Both the position numbers and the translations under genes were made by a program. The notes beneath the pieces are model-generated. The model made no database searches. It saw only the letters and a list, made by a program, of their open reading frames with translations, and was not told where the DNA came from. From positions 1 to 43,561 of the forward strand of contig NIVC01004513.1 in NCBI GenBank assembly GCA_002269645.1: 43,561 nt of DNA, given 5' to 3'. Position 1 is the first letter of the stretch. Each line of letters starts with the position of its first letter. Positions 12,901 through 38,031 of the stretch are shown in pieces. This stretch comes from Macrostomum lignano (taxonomy: Eukaryota).

Positions 12901-14800
12901 GAGCCCTAAAGAGTGCGTGCAACTGCTTGTTGACTGTTTGATTTACCATATATCGGCCGTCCTAACCAAAACGCTATGAGCATAGACACTGGCACAGGGA
13001 ACAGAACAGCAGTGCCTGTCCTAACCAAAACGCTATGAGCATAGACACTAGCACAGGGAACAGAACAGCAGTGCCTGTCCTAACCAAAACGCTATGAGCA
13101 TAGACACTAGCACAGGGAACAGAACAGCAGTGCCTGTCCTAACCAAAACGCTATGAGCATAGAAACTGGCACAGGGAACAGAACAGCAGTGCCCGTCCTA
13201 AGCAAAACGCTATGAGCATAGACACTGGCACAGGGGACAGAACAGCAGTGCCTGTCCTAACCAAAACGCTATGAGTATAGACACTGGCACAGGGAACAGA
13301 ACAGCAGTGCCTGTCCTAACCGGACCAAAACACTATGAGCATAGACACTGGCACAGGGAACAGAATGGCAGCGCCCACGCCTCTTGTGTTCCACTTTAAA
13401 GTTGATAACCAAAATGCTCACTTTTAGTGGAAACCGGGTCTGACCAATACAAGTCGCACCTCCAATCTAAACTAGCAGCAATAGCTTTATTTGTTATCTC
13501 AGAAAATTAACTCATGTATTTTCCAGATCCAAATAAGTCTTGGAGAGCCTTTGTCGGCTGCAGCATCAACTGTCTCTATAGCGACTACAGTGCTAAGAAA
13601 GCAGCTTTCTGGGCAATTCACTATCTCATATCTCACACAGCCGTGCAGGAGAGCCTGTTAGCCGAGATCGATTCCATGGCGACCGCAGCAAGACCGCACG
13701 AATTTCGGCGATTGACGCTCAAGGAGCTTGATGAGATGCCATTTCTTGGTGGGTGACACTTGCTTTGATTCTATTGAATATTTCGCGAAGCTCAGAGTCA
13801 ACTTTTCATTTCAGAGGCCTTCGTAAAAGAAGTTTACCGGCTCACGTCGGGGCAGTTCGTTAGCTTCAGAGCTGGAACTGACTTGTTGTTGCAGACGCAG
13901 AAGAACTCTGAAGGCATCTGCTTGCACAGCGGTGAAGAGATCGGGGTGCTGCTTCGTTCATTGAACATGGACCCCAGTCTGTTCAAAAATCCAGAGGTGA
14001 GTTTTTGGCTGTTAGTACTGAAAGTGCAGGTGAACATAGATATATGTTGTTAGTTATTCTGGGTCTAAATTACTCAGTACTAGCTTAAGATTAGTGATTA
14101 CTTTTGACATTCGCTTCGATATGGTTATAAGTAAAAAAGCTAGCGAACTATTTAGCAGCATTCAGATCTTAAAAATCTAAAGTCATTTCATTCTTTTGGA
14201 ATAGAAGATCATAATCCGGTGTGGTTTGCGAAGCTTAAAATACGGCCTGCCAAGCTACTTATTCAGGGGAGGAGGGTTGGTGCCGTACGTAAGGGTGGTG
14301 GTCTACTTGTAGAGTCTCGAAGTCAAAAGCAGAACTTTTGAGATGTCGTTCAGACTTTACAATGCACACTCCGATCTCCTTGGCGGCAGCAATGACACGA
14401 CACCTTGAATCCCACTTGAAGTATCGTAGAACGAATTCAATCCTAACTGGGATGATTTCTAGTGTGCTTCAACAAAGTCTTTTATTGCCGTACAGAAATG
14501 CGAATTCCCGTCCATTGTGCCACACAGGCGTTCCAGCCGCAGCGCTTTCTGTTTGAGACCCAGCATGCGGAGCTCCTGGCCCTGCCGTTCGGCTGTCTGT
14601 GGCCTCGCCGGCGCCTCGGGCTGTTGAAGCTTAAGCTGTTCTTGGTGCTGCTGCTGAGCCGGTGCCGCATTCGGGCTGATGAAGGCACAGGCGCTCAGGT
14701 TGACGCCAGCGCCTTCTGCGTTGATATTCTGCCCTGGACGGAAGACGTTGTCTTTCAGTTCCAGGCCAGGGAGCAGATGAGAGCGACATTTACGCTTTAG
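9914..14800 (+). CDS. Predicted SUMO-like-domain / cytochrome P450 fusion protein, 815 aa; join(9914..10093,10243..10657,11504..11948,12182..12912,13527..13748,13815..13996,14528..14800)
   Basis: All six introns are GT-AG with matching phases (0,1,2,1,1,0), giving 2448 nt without an internal stop. The N-terminal part aligns by eye to SUMO and the C-terminal part has P450 motifs. The exon 1-2 and exon 3-4 joins are the least certain. Confidence 0.55.
10492..11583 (+). other. SUMO-like (Rad60/NIP45 SLD-type ubiquitin-fold) domain split by the 10658-11503 intron
   Basis: VQLRVRMHRRVPFGCLLRGLCCRFGL..ALKLCLDG...EISNQSTADSLQLHDGDIIFV resembles SUMO [52 protein letters not shown]. There is no C-terminal di-Gly. 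Confidence 0.6.
10984..11378. repeat. 35 bp intronic minisatellite, ~11 copies
   Basis: Unit CAATCTACCATTGTCTACCTCCAAAACCATAGACA with minor variants. Confidence 0.95.
12182..14800 (+). CDS. Cytochrome P450 module, CYP7/CYP8/CYP39-like, 4 exons (12182..12912,13527..13748,13815..13996,14528..14800); lacks N-terminal membrane anchor and canonical heme Cys
   Basis: N-half pattern LHQAHSDIGDLVRV...LVLTPELM...IRAKVF; I-helix end AAFWAIHYL..VQESLLAEID; ExxR (KEVYR); DPSLFKNPEAFQPQRF (PERF); heme loop LPFGCLWPRRRLGLLKLKLF. Confidence 0.85.
12959..13375. repeat. 59 bp intronic minisatellite, ~7 copies
   Basis: Unit CCTAACCAAAACGCTATGAGCATAGACACTGGCACAGGGAACAGAACAGCAGTGCCTGT, lying between two P450 exons. 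Confidence 0.95.
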
Positions 14801-15174
14801 TGTGACGCGGCTCTTTCACTAGCCTCATGTGAAAATCAATCAGAGCTGAGCCCAATATTTTGAACTAATTGCGCCAGGTATTGCATATCTCCCTCCCTTT
14901 GCTTCTGTTCCGCCATATTTTTACGATATAGGTGTTAATTATCTTGTTACTATTCATTTCCTGTTCTGATTTGTCATGTAAAAGAGTAAGCAGCAGAAGG
15001 GCTATAGCATTTTATATAGATATTGTTTTTTTACTATAGACGTCTATATTAGTTCAGTAGTTAGAGCAATAAAAAGGAATTTCAGCTACGGCTCATGTTT
15101 TCGGTAAGTGAAACTGTACGTGTGAACTTAAAATCTGTCACTTTTATATCTACTAAGTCGGAATTTGTGTAGAG

Positions 15175-16491
15175 GGCTACTCACACCTGTCTCCCAGACT
15201 CAGTTTACTGAGATTTGAGTAGAAGGCTACTCACACCTGTCTCCCAGACTCAGTTTACTGGGATTTGAGTAGATGGCTACTCATACCTGTCTCCCAGACT
15301 CAGTTTACTGGGATTTGAGTAGAAGGCTACTCACACCTGTCTCCCAGACTCAGTTTACTGGGATTTGAGTAGATGGCTACTTACACCTGTCTCCCAGACT
15401 CAGTTTACTGGGATTTGAGTAGATGGCTACACCTGTCTCCCAGACTCAGTTTACTGGGATTTGAGTAGATGGCTACTCACACCTGTCTCCCAGACTCAGT
15501 TTACTAGGATTTGAGTAGATGGCTACTCACACCTGTCTCCCAGACTCAGTTTACTGGGATTTGAGTAGATGGCTACTTACACCTGTCTCCCAGACTCAGT
15601 TTACTGGGATTTGAGTAGATGGCTACTCACACCTGTCTCCCAGACTCAGTTTACTAGGATTTGAGTAGATGGCTACTCACACCTGTCTCCCAGACTCAGT
15701 TTACTGGGATTTGAGTAGATGGCTACTCACACCTGTCTCCCAGACTCAGTTTACTGGGATTTGAGTAGATGGCTACACCTGTCTCCCAGACTCAGTTTAC
15801 TGGGATTTGTAGATGGCTACACCTGTCTCCCAGACTCAGTTTACTGGGATTTGAGTAGATGGCTACACCTGTCTCCCAGACTCAGTTTACTGGGATTTGT
15901 AGATGGCTACACCTGTCTCCCAGACTCAGTTTACTAGGATTTGAGTAGATGGCTACTCACACCTGTCTCCCAGACTCAGTTTACTGGGATTTGAGTAGAA
16001 GGCTACTCACACCTGTCTCCCAGACTCAGTTTACTGGGATTTGTAGATGGCTACACCTGTCTCCCAGACTCAGTTTACTGGGATTTGAGTAGATGGCTAC
16101 ACCTGTCTCCCAGACTCAGTTTACTGGGATTTGTAGATGGCTACACCTGTCTCCCAGACTCAGTTTACTGGGATTTGAGTAGAAGGCTACTCACACCTGT
16201 CTCCCAGACTCAGTTTACTGGGATTTGAGTAGATGGCTACACCTGTCTCCCAGACTCAGTTTACTGGGATTTGTAGATGGCTACACCTGTCTCCCAGACT
16301 CAGTTTACTGGGATTTGAGTAGATGGCTACACCTGTCTCCCAGACTCAGTTTACTGGGATTTGAGTAGATGGCTACACCTGTCTCCCAGACTCAGTTTAC
16401 TGGGATTTGTAGATGGCTACACCTGTCTCCCAGACTCAGTTTACTGGGATTTGAGTAGATGGCTACACCTGTCTCCCAGACTCAGTTTACT
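15175..16491. repeat. Minisatellite with 50/47/46/43 bp unit variants, ~27 copies
   Basis: Unit GGCTACTCACACCTGTCTCCCAGACTCAGTTTACTGGGATTTGAGTAGAT; variants carry a 4 bp and/or a 3 bp deletion. Confidence 0.97.
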
Positions 16492-17594
16492 TAATTAAAA
16501 GCTAGGCAATAAGTAATCAGGCTTTTGTAGGTTTCGAATGCCTGGAAAAATTCTCAAGGTCGTCTCATGTACATGTTGGTGACAGGAGCATTCCGTATGT
16601 GCTTCGGAAGGCAAAAACATGCATGGCTCTAAGTAAAGGGCAGATCAATCAGTCCTGAGCAGAACATTTTTCAGAGAATTTTGGACATCTGAACTACTCT
16701 CGTTACCTTAGCCAACCAAGACATCGCCAGCATCTGAGAGCATCTCTAATTTTTCACCAATTCTGAAATCGTTTGATCTTTGACATTATTAATTAAAGTC
16801 TTTCATGTCCTTCATTACATTTAGGGCCCTTCTAATTTCTTCAAAGAATAATTGAGACACTGCTGCACGCCTATTTACCAATAAGTGAGATTTCACAAAG
16901 ATTGAAGACTGAAACTGATTCTGAGATGGCAAATTAGAAAATTGGGTTCACCGAAGTGGACGGCTACAAAAATGACTTCGGCTTCACAACTGATTTGAGT
17001 TTTTTTGACAGGTTAATTACATTTTATAATGCGTCCTAGAGCTTGAGCAGTATTAAAATCTCAGCTATTGAAGATTACCCCGGTGTCGCCACTAATTATA
17101 CAGAGAAATGAAAAGGCATCAAAGAGCCAGCAAAGCTGCTCCGAGTCCATAAACTGTTTGTAAAAGGCATGGAGCACGGGCTAAACTATTGACGCATTTG
17201 GAGAGGCACCAGAAGGCCTCAATACTGCCGGCTCCTCAAAATCGATGGGTTTTAATTCTAAAATGAATTCCCTTTCACGCAAATTTTATTACCCAACGCC
17301 GAGATTCCTTCACAGCCGGAATCGGAGATGTTCTCCAAAGGAAACTTAACTATTGACAGGTTTTGTCTTTGCTTTCCTTAAATTTGTTCTCTGAGACAAA
17401 AAATCGATATCAAACCACTAATCCAGGAAATTTATCCCGAAATGGGAAAAAATGTCCCTTAGTATAATGTGATTAGCAGATCGAAGGTCCTAGTTACATA
17501 CAAGCAGTCACTGATCAGACCCCGACGATATAAAGAGCGACTTTATCAGGAATGTTTTGATAAAAATGGCAGTTTTTCAGCATCAATGAGCCGC

Positions 17595-20500
17595 CTAGCA
17601 GTAGCTGCAGGACGCTGGCCGGTGACCGCTCTGGTGCCGCGAGTCCGCCTGGGCGATCGAGCCGCTGGTTTGGAAGTTTTGCTTTGCCAGAAGCTTCCTG
17701 AAGATCATTGAATTGATAAGTCAAGTTTCAATCCATCAGCGCCGCTATTTAGGTCTTGGGTATTAATTATTATTAATAACGGGGTATGATAGGGAATAAA
17801 AAAGAAACGAAGTTATATTGTTTCTTCAGCACTTCTTCATGATTTCGTTTACAACAAAAGCCATCAGCCATAGCCTCCTCCCCTCAGCCCTGCGAAGCCA
17901 TTCAAACCACAGTCAGAAGCTGACCTAACTAGCACCAATCAGATCCCATGAGGCAAGTTGAGCAGCTATGTAATTCAGTAGTGCACTAAAATTGAGTTGT
18001 CATCATTCTGATTGTGTATTTGCCATCATGCTGATCGTGTATTTGCCATCATGCTGATCGTGTATTTGCCATCAATCTGATTGTGTATTTGCCATCATGC
18101 TGATCGTGTATTTGCCATCATGCTGATTGTGTGTTTGCCATCATGCTGATCGTGTATTTGCCATCATGCTGATCGTGTATTTGCGATCATGCTGATTGTG
18201 TATTTGGCATCATGCTGATCGTGTATTTGCCATCATTCTGATCGTGTATTTGCCATCATGCTGATCGTGTATTTGCCATCAATTTTGCCATCATGCCATC
18301 ATGCTGATAGTGTATTTGCCATCATGCTGATCGTGTATTTGCGATCATGCTGATTGTGTATTTGGCATCATGCTGATCGTGTATTTGCCATCAATCTGAT
18401 CGTGTATTTGCCATCATGCTGATTGTGTATTTGCCATCATGCTGATTGTGTATTTGCCATCATGCTGATCGTGTATTTGCCATCATGCTGATTGTGTATT
18501 TGCCATCATGCTGATCGTGTATTTGCCAGCATGCTGATCGTGTATTTGCCATCATGCTGATCGTGTATTTGCCATCATGCTGATCGTGCATTTGCCATCA
18601 TGCTGATCGTGTATTTGCCATCATGCTGATCGTGTATTTGCCATCATTCTGATTGTGTATTTGCCATCATGCTGACCGTGTGATGACTGAAAACACCAAC
18701 TGAAAACTGATGCGTCGCACGATATTTCAAGCTGATAAATACAAATTTACGTACTTTGTCCGGATCGCTGCAGCTTGGGCGAGATGGACCAGTGAAGGCT
18801 TGAATTTCATAGTTAACGTGGAAATCGTTATAGCACGCTTTTCAAGAGCATCTAGGCAGAAGAAGAAAGGCAACTTACCGTCCTATTGTTTGGAAGCAGA
18901 GGTCAACATTGTGCCCCGTCCTGGCGCTCGTCTCCATAAAACACATTATGTCGCACTCCTGTGGGCAGCGTTGAAATTAAAATGACCCCCTCGATTTTCT
19001 GGATTGAAAACTCAGAATTAACCTGTGTGACCCACCTGAGCTAGCCGCTGCCCTTCGTGAGCGCTAACCTGCCTTTCAGAGTCCAGATCAGCCTTGTTGG
19101 CTACCAAAATGATGAATACATCCTCAGAGCCGTATTCGCGAATGTCCGTGAGCCAGGAGCGGACACTGCTGAATGTCTGGCGGCTGGTCAGATCGTAGAA
19201 TAGCAGAATAGCTGTGCTCGGCAAAAAGTCGGATTGAGAGCTTCCAGCTCACTGAGACTGTTTTCATTGATGCAGTCACTCAACAGACCTATGCTTTCGC
19301 TTCTGCACTTGTCTAAATTAATTCTTCCCATCTCAGCCTCTTGCCTACCTGCCGGTTCTTCTTTATACTCGAATTTAAGCAAATGACCGCTGCCTTTTAT
19401 CACGCTTACTTTTTAACTACTCGTAACTCTAGTCGAATGGTTTTGTCACTTTGGAACTACTAAAGTAGGAATTCACATTTCCATGATAGCAATACACTTG
19501 CGCATGCGCGTGAAAGAGGAAACGGTTTGCAATGCTCACAGTCAGCATCTCTGTAGTACGCACTGGTGATGCTCCGATATCGCTCCGTACCGGCCGTGTC
19601 CCAGACCTGAAAGATGGGACACGTGCTGCATGGTTGGTCAATTGCATGAGCGCAAAGTTTTCAGCTCTCTGGGTTTAAAATGTGGAAAGAATAAATATCT
19701 GCTCAAGAGAAAGATGATTCACATTCTAGAAGCTTCTATATTTTTCTTACTTCATGTTTCTTCATCAGAAATAGCTCGTAGTCCTGGGCAATACAGTAGA
19801 AACATATACGTATGCATCCTAGCAGCATAGATTTCGTCAAACTAGCTTTGTGAGCAATTGGAATTATTCTAATTGAGCTAAAAGTGAACTGTAAAAGTAC
19901 GAGCGTATATTTTACCTGAAAGCGAACTCTGTAGCCATCCACTGGCAGTGTTTTGCTCTGGAATAAACATATATATAAATTACTGACTGAGGATCTGGGA
20001 GGCTGCCAAGCTGCAAAACGATTGTATGTACGAGTCTTGAAGCATAGAATTTGTAAAGACGGTCTCTTTGATCGTGGGCTCATAGTGCCCGGAGGGTGCA
20101 AGTGTCCCTGGGGGGGGGCCTTTCAGGTGGATGACCGCGCTCTTAGCCGCGTGGGCTGTTTGCGCAAGGTGAACTGACCTGCGCAGGGAACTGGTAAATG
20201 GACCACTTGGTATCGCCATGAGCCTCAAAAGTTAGTGCCCCTACTATAGTGTGACCGATTTAATTTTTTAACATTCTACATTTCAGCAACATGAAACATG
20301 AATTGGCTCGAAAGGTTCCAATGGGGAAGTCTCGGCAATGGAAAAGCTGTGACATATATATATACCCCAGGCCGCTGAAACATCGTCATAAAATGGACGG
20401 GAAAACCTCGTCAGGAAGAAATGAGATGCTCGCTGAAAAAATAGCATCTCATAGATCGTTCTCCATAATCTATTAAGTTAATTTGCATGAGACGCACATC

Positions 20501-20796
20501 TTAGTATGCCTTAAAAGATTTAAGAACTGAGAGTAAGAAGGTGCAAAAATACAGCGAACCCTGTAGTCGACCCCGACCGTGCTGATAAAAGTGCTGCCGG
20601 GAAACTTGGCGTCCTTGAACTGGTGCATAAAGCTGGTCTTGCCGGTGCCGCTGTCGCCAACCAGCATCACCTTGCACGATACATCGAAGGGATCGATGCT
20701 GATAGACTTCTTCAGCAAGCACCGGCCTGGCTCCTCCTCTGCGTCCGAGTCGCCCGGCAGGGCAAACCGAACTCCCGATGCTTCCGAGGCCAGTTC
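17595..20796 (-). CDS. Rab26/Rab37: Rab26/Rab37-like small GTPase, 5' end unresolved; complement(join(17595..17697,18879..18958,19036..19211,19540..19606,19916..19957,20560..20796))
   Basis: Phase-consistent GT-AG exons encode KVMLVGDSGTGKTSFMHQFKDAKFPGSTFISTVGVDYR, SKTLPVDGYRVRFQ, VWDTAGTERYRSITSAYYRDAD, NKAD, ETSAR and a C-terminal CSYC prenylation motif. QFKD...TFIxTVG is typical of Rab26/37. No start exon was found. Confidence 0.9.
18001..18682. repeat. 23 bp minisatellite in the last Rab intron, ~29 copies
   Basis: Unit CATCATGCTGATCGTGTATTTGC with point variants. Confidence 0.96.
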
Positions 20797-23520
20797 CTAT
20801 CCTGCAAAAGCGCACACATGGCTGTATATGAGTGGAAGAACAAAATTATGCAAACCACAATGGCTGAAATTATTGTATAATCCACAGTGTATATACTGCA
20901 TAATTAAGTATGTACAAGCTTCTGCTGCAAGTTCATTTTTGTGACACCTCTTGAACGCAGAGCCTTACAATTGAAGACTTACAAAACACGGCTGTGTGCA
21001 CAAATGCAACTCGTGTTGGTCGGATAAAACAAAGCAAAACAGTAGATAAAGAGCTAAGTTAGGATTGAACTTGCAAGTCTTATACACGTGTAGCTCCGCT
21101 TGACTTTATGCACACAATTTTATAACTGCAAGCACAAGCAGTTCATGCAACTGCGGGAGACTGATAAGATCGAGCATTTATAGCTATTTTTAACTGACAG
21201 ACAGCGGTGTCACCAACAATTAATGTACAATTTGCATTTGCAGTGTTCGACTCTATATAGCTCGTACTGAAATAATGAGCGATTTAGATATTAATATAAT
21301 AATAAGAAGCTGTGCATTTACATGTATCTAAAATACGCTCGTAAGTTATAATCATACGAACTATGATCCACGAACTAATTAATGTATGAACATGTCGTTT
21401 AATGGCCTGCACTTTCCAATGCATGGACGTGATGGATTTTTATAGGCATCAAAAACGCCTGGCAAAAGCGCCAGTCTCACAGAGTGGTCGAGGAGCTGGG
21501 TGTAAGAAAGCTGCACTTAACTGCAATCTGCAGCCTGTGCGATTCCAGCAAGCTGCATGCTGTCCATGCGGCGCTCACTGATCCTGATCCCTATTCAATC
21601 TGGATTTCAGAGCTGTTTGCGCTCACAAGTCTTCTGCACAATGGTGCGAGTCACGACAGGCAGCTCTGAAAAATGACAAGCGAGAACTGTTGATAGGCAA
21701 AATGTTTCTTGAACTTTTGCAGTGCAGTGAACTCCTTATGTATTAGAGGCAGGTAGATGGCTGTGTGCACCCTGGCGCACTTTAAGCGACATTGTCACAA
21801 CCGGCATATATACTGGCCATTCCACAGACTTCCCTGAGCAGGTACACAAGCGCGCGGATTCGTACGCAGTCATACGCTCAAACACACATAACATGTAGCG
21901 GCCCTAACTTCATTTATCGTTAGGCATTTACACTTCACTGTGCCTTTGGGGGTTGGCCCTCAAAGGCGTTAATTGCATTCACGACCGAGCAGAGCCAAGC
22001 CGAGATTCCAATTTAGATCCAAATTAATGTGACTGCACTTGGAATCGAGCCTGGGCCGCTGGCACATAAGAGCGCTTGGCTACGTAAATACGACCCCCCA
22101 TTTTACAGCTTCAACCCAAATTCGATGGTGCTGCAAAGCGGTGCTGGTGTATAGTAGTTTTCTTTCTGTAACGCCTGGAAACACATGACTGCGAATTGTT
22201 TTTTGTAGTCCTTCAGTATTTTTATATGCAATTAATTAAATATTGCATATATTGCATAGCTGGAGTCGCCGACGGCGCAACAAGTCGCTTGGACAGACCA
22301 GGCCGGCGCGGCGATACAAAGCCGCGTTGGTCACTCGCTCGTAACCGATCTTGAAGGCGGGGCGCAGCAGCCCAGCGTGCACCGCGTCAACTTGTTGCCC
22401 ACCCACACCCTAGTATATATCAACACAGTATAAAATTATTCGCCTAAGATTGAATGCAATGATTTTTTAGGCATTTCACAAATTTTAAAGGCTACTGAGA
22501 GTCGAATCCAAATCTACTCAAAATTGACTAGCCCCACTTGTGTTCAGATACCAAATCTGATTTCGTTAGCTCCTACATGATGCCACTTCTCAACTATCAG
22601 TGCACTCGCAATCACAACTGCCACCGGCTTCACGACAGCATTAATATTCACAAATACGGGTATTGCATAAGTTTTCAGTCCTTTTGCAAAATATACATTT
22701 AAGAAGAGCTTTATTATTGAAGATGCTGCACTTTTCTTTACTAAATAACTATATTGTAGTAAAGATAAAATTTTAAAGACTACTTTATTTAATGAATTGG
22801 TTAACAAACTAATTTGAAAAAACATGATCACACAGACGGAACTACTCCAAACTACGGATGAGTAACTAAAACAGTACGATATGAAATAGGAAGCAAAAGC
22901 CAAAAATAACTACTGATCAGTAGACACAACTGATAATGAGCAGGAAGAACATACAATATTCGTTTCACTATTTGTGTACAAGTATCGATTAGTAAACCGA
23001 ACCAGCCAACCTATTTAACAGAATACAGGAAAGATCTGAGCATGCTTGACTAGGCTACGAAAAAATGTACCGATAAACATGCAGTTACAGTAGTGCTTAT
23101 TGCAGTCATATATGCCATTCCTACACTGTAAATATTTTTCAATACAAAACTGAATAAGGGTAGGTAAGGCAAATGAAAAAGCCCAGGTTCTGAAACACGA
23201 TTGCCGTACAATTACGAGTAATAAAACATGTAATCTGTGTAAAACAGTCAATATGACTCGTGTGCAATAAATGGCCGCATAGAAGTGAATTCAATTTCGG
23301 CAAGTAAACGACGCTTTAAAAATGGACTCAGATTGCAACTACTTTTTTCTAAATAGGCTTCGTTTTACAAGGGTTAAACAAACAAACATCGAAGAATATA
23401 CTAACCGGTTGGGATTGAATATCGCATCGAATAATGACGCATCTACTAGGCGGTAAGAGTTAAGAAAACCTGTCAAGTTGATAGTTGACTCCGCTCGTCT
23501 TCACTTGCTCCGGCAGACCT

Positions 23521-36497
<12,977 letters not shown>

Positions 36498-38031
36498 TAA
36501 TTATCAAATCTATTAGGGCCTATTATCTTTTAATTGCTTGACTCAATAGGCAAATCAATCTACAGCCTTTTTAATCTGCACTAAAAAATTAAAAGCACAT
36601 GTATGATTGATGATTCATGGAGTCATTAGTCTGAGACATGGACTTCTTTTCTCTCTCTTTTTAGTTTTAATAGTTTTACAATAATTTAAGTTTTACAGAA
36701 TTTTACAGGACTGTTTGAACGATCGAGAGCAAAAGCTGTGGGTGTGTGAACTCCAGGTACCAGATAGGCCTATTCAGTGATAATTGTGACGAGCTGTTGC
36801 TCATTGCAGTAGCTAATAATTCTTCCGCCCTTTTTACTTTATTATTTTTTCGATCGGCCTTAAAACAAGATTGAAAAAAAATTAAATTTTACTACGTAAA
36901 CAAACAACACAAACAAGTAAAGAAACCAACTTAATCATTTTTCTAGGGCCAATTTACCTAAAAATAAGCTAAAACGATAGAAATATAGGGCATAATCCTT
37001 TTCAGAAAGTTCTAAAATTCCTGAGATATGTCTTTACGAGTTAGTCAGTTAGGCAGGGGGGAAGACCTATCAGACGGAGATGGTTTACTTTTATACTAAA
37101 CTAGCTCTTATATTTTATACTGCTGGCAGTCTTTACTATTTACTATTAATTCGAAGAAGCGAATTTACTATTTTTACTTTCTGACTTTGTCTTCTAATAT
37201 TGAGGCCAGTCAAGTTACAACATCAATTTGAAGGCAAGGCTCTGAGCATTAAAGTTGAATTGGCCCGCTAGCTGTGGACTCCCGGCCGGTATAGTCGCTA
37301 TCATGAAGGCTGAAAACCCTAGTCATAACCATAGCTCTTTAACCATAAACCTAACTCTACAGCAATATTTTGGTCTTGTGAAGTAATGGCATTGAAAGAG
37401 CTATAGTTTTCCCGATCAGTTCCGAATTATATGATGGTATTTCGACATTGTAAACATCTTTTAGGTTTAGCAGTGATCCGTTTAGTCAAATAATTTATCA
37501 ATAAAGCATTTTAATAATGGTATTTTTGAGAGGAATTATGCAGCACTACCAAATCCTATGCTAAGCTGACAGAAGCATGAACCCCAAAAGCATCGATTTG
37601 CAAAGAAATTACATGCATGTGATCCCTGTAGTGCCTGCATGCATAGCCGTTTAGATTGATAGCCGGTTCTAACTTTTTTCGAATTTGGAGAGTTGATTAT
37701 CCAGGGTTATTGCATAGCGCGGCGATCTTGCTTTATCTTCAAATCTTCTGCTTAAAAATTTCCCTGCGCTAACTTAATTGCTGCGATCGTCTTGTTACCA
37801 AAGGATATATTGGCCACAGACATACTACGATCTAAATGAGAAACCATAGAAGCTATGATAGCTGCTTTCATTCATATAGCACGGAGTCCATCTGAGATCA
37901 CTCCCTCGGCGTTTTATATAAATGTAGTTCGATATTCAAACAGCTGTGTTGGAAGTTGTAGACAAGGTCATATTTCAGAGCGACTTATAATCTGTTTGCT
38001 GCCCCCGGCCCCTGTTGCATTACGGCTGAAG

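Noticed and set aside
12182-12941. Stand-alone 239 aa ORF ending at 12941
   Set aside because: A GTGCGT donor at 12913 joins in phase to the 13527 exon and completes the P450 fold, so the stop is intronic.
15175-16491. CRISPR-like array (palindromic repeats); also considered for the other arrays
   Set aside because: Units are head-to-tail with no unique spacers, there are no cas genes, and the context is eukaryotic.
21480-21670. Candidate 5' coding exon of the Rab gene
   Set aside because: It has splice signals, but its ATG frame stops and its phase does not fit the 20796 acceptor; it may be a UTR exon.
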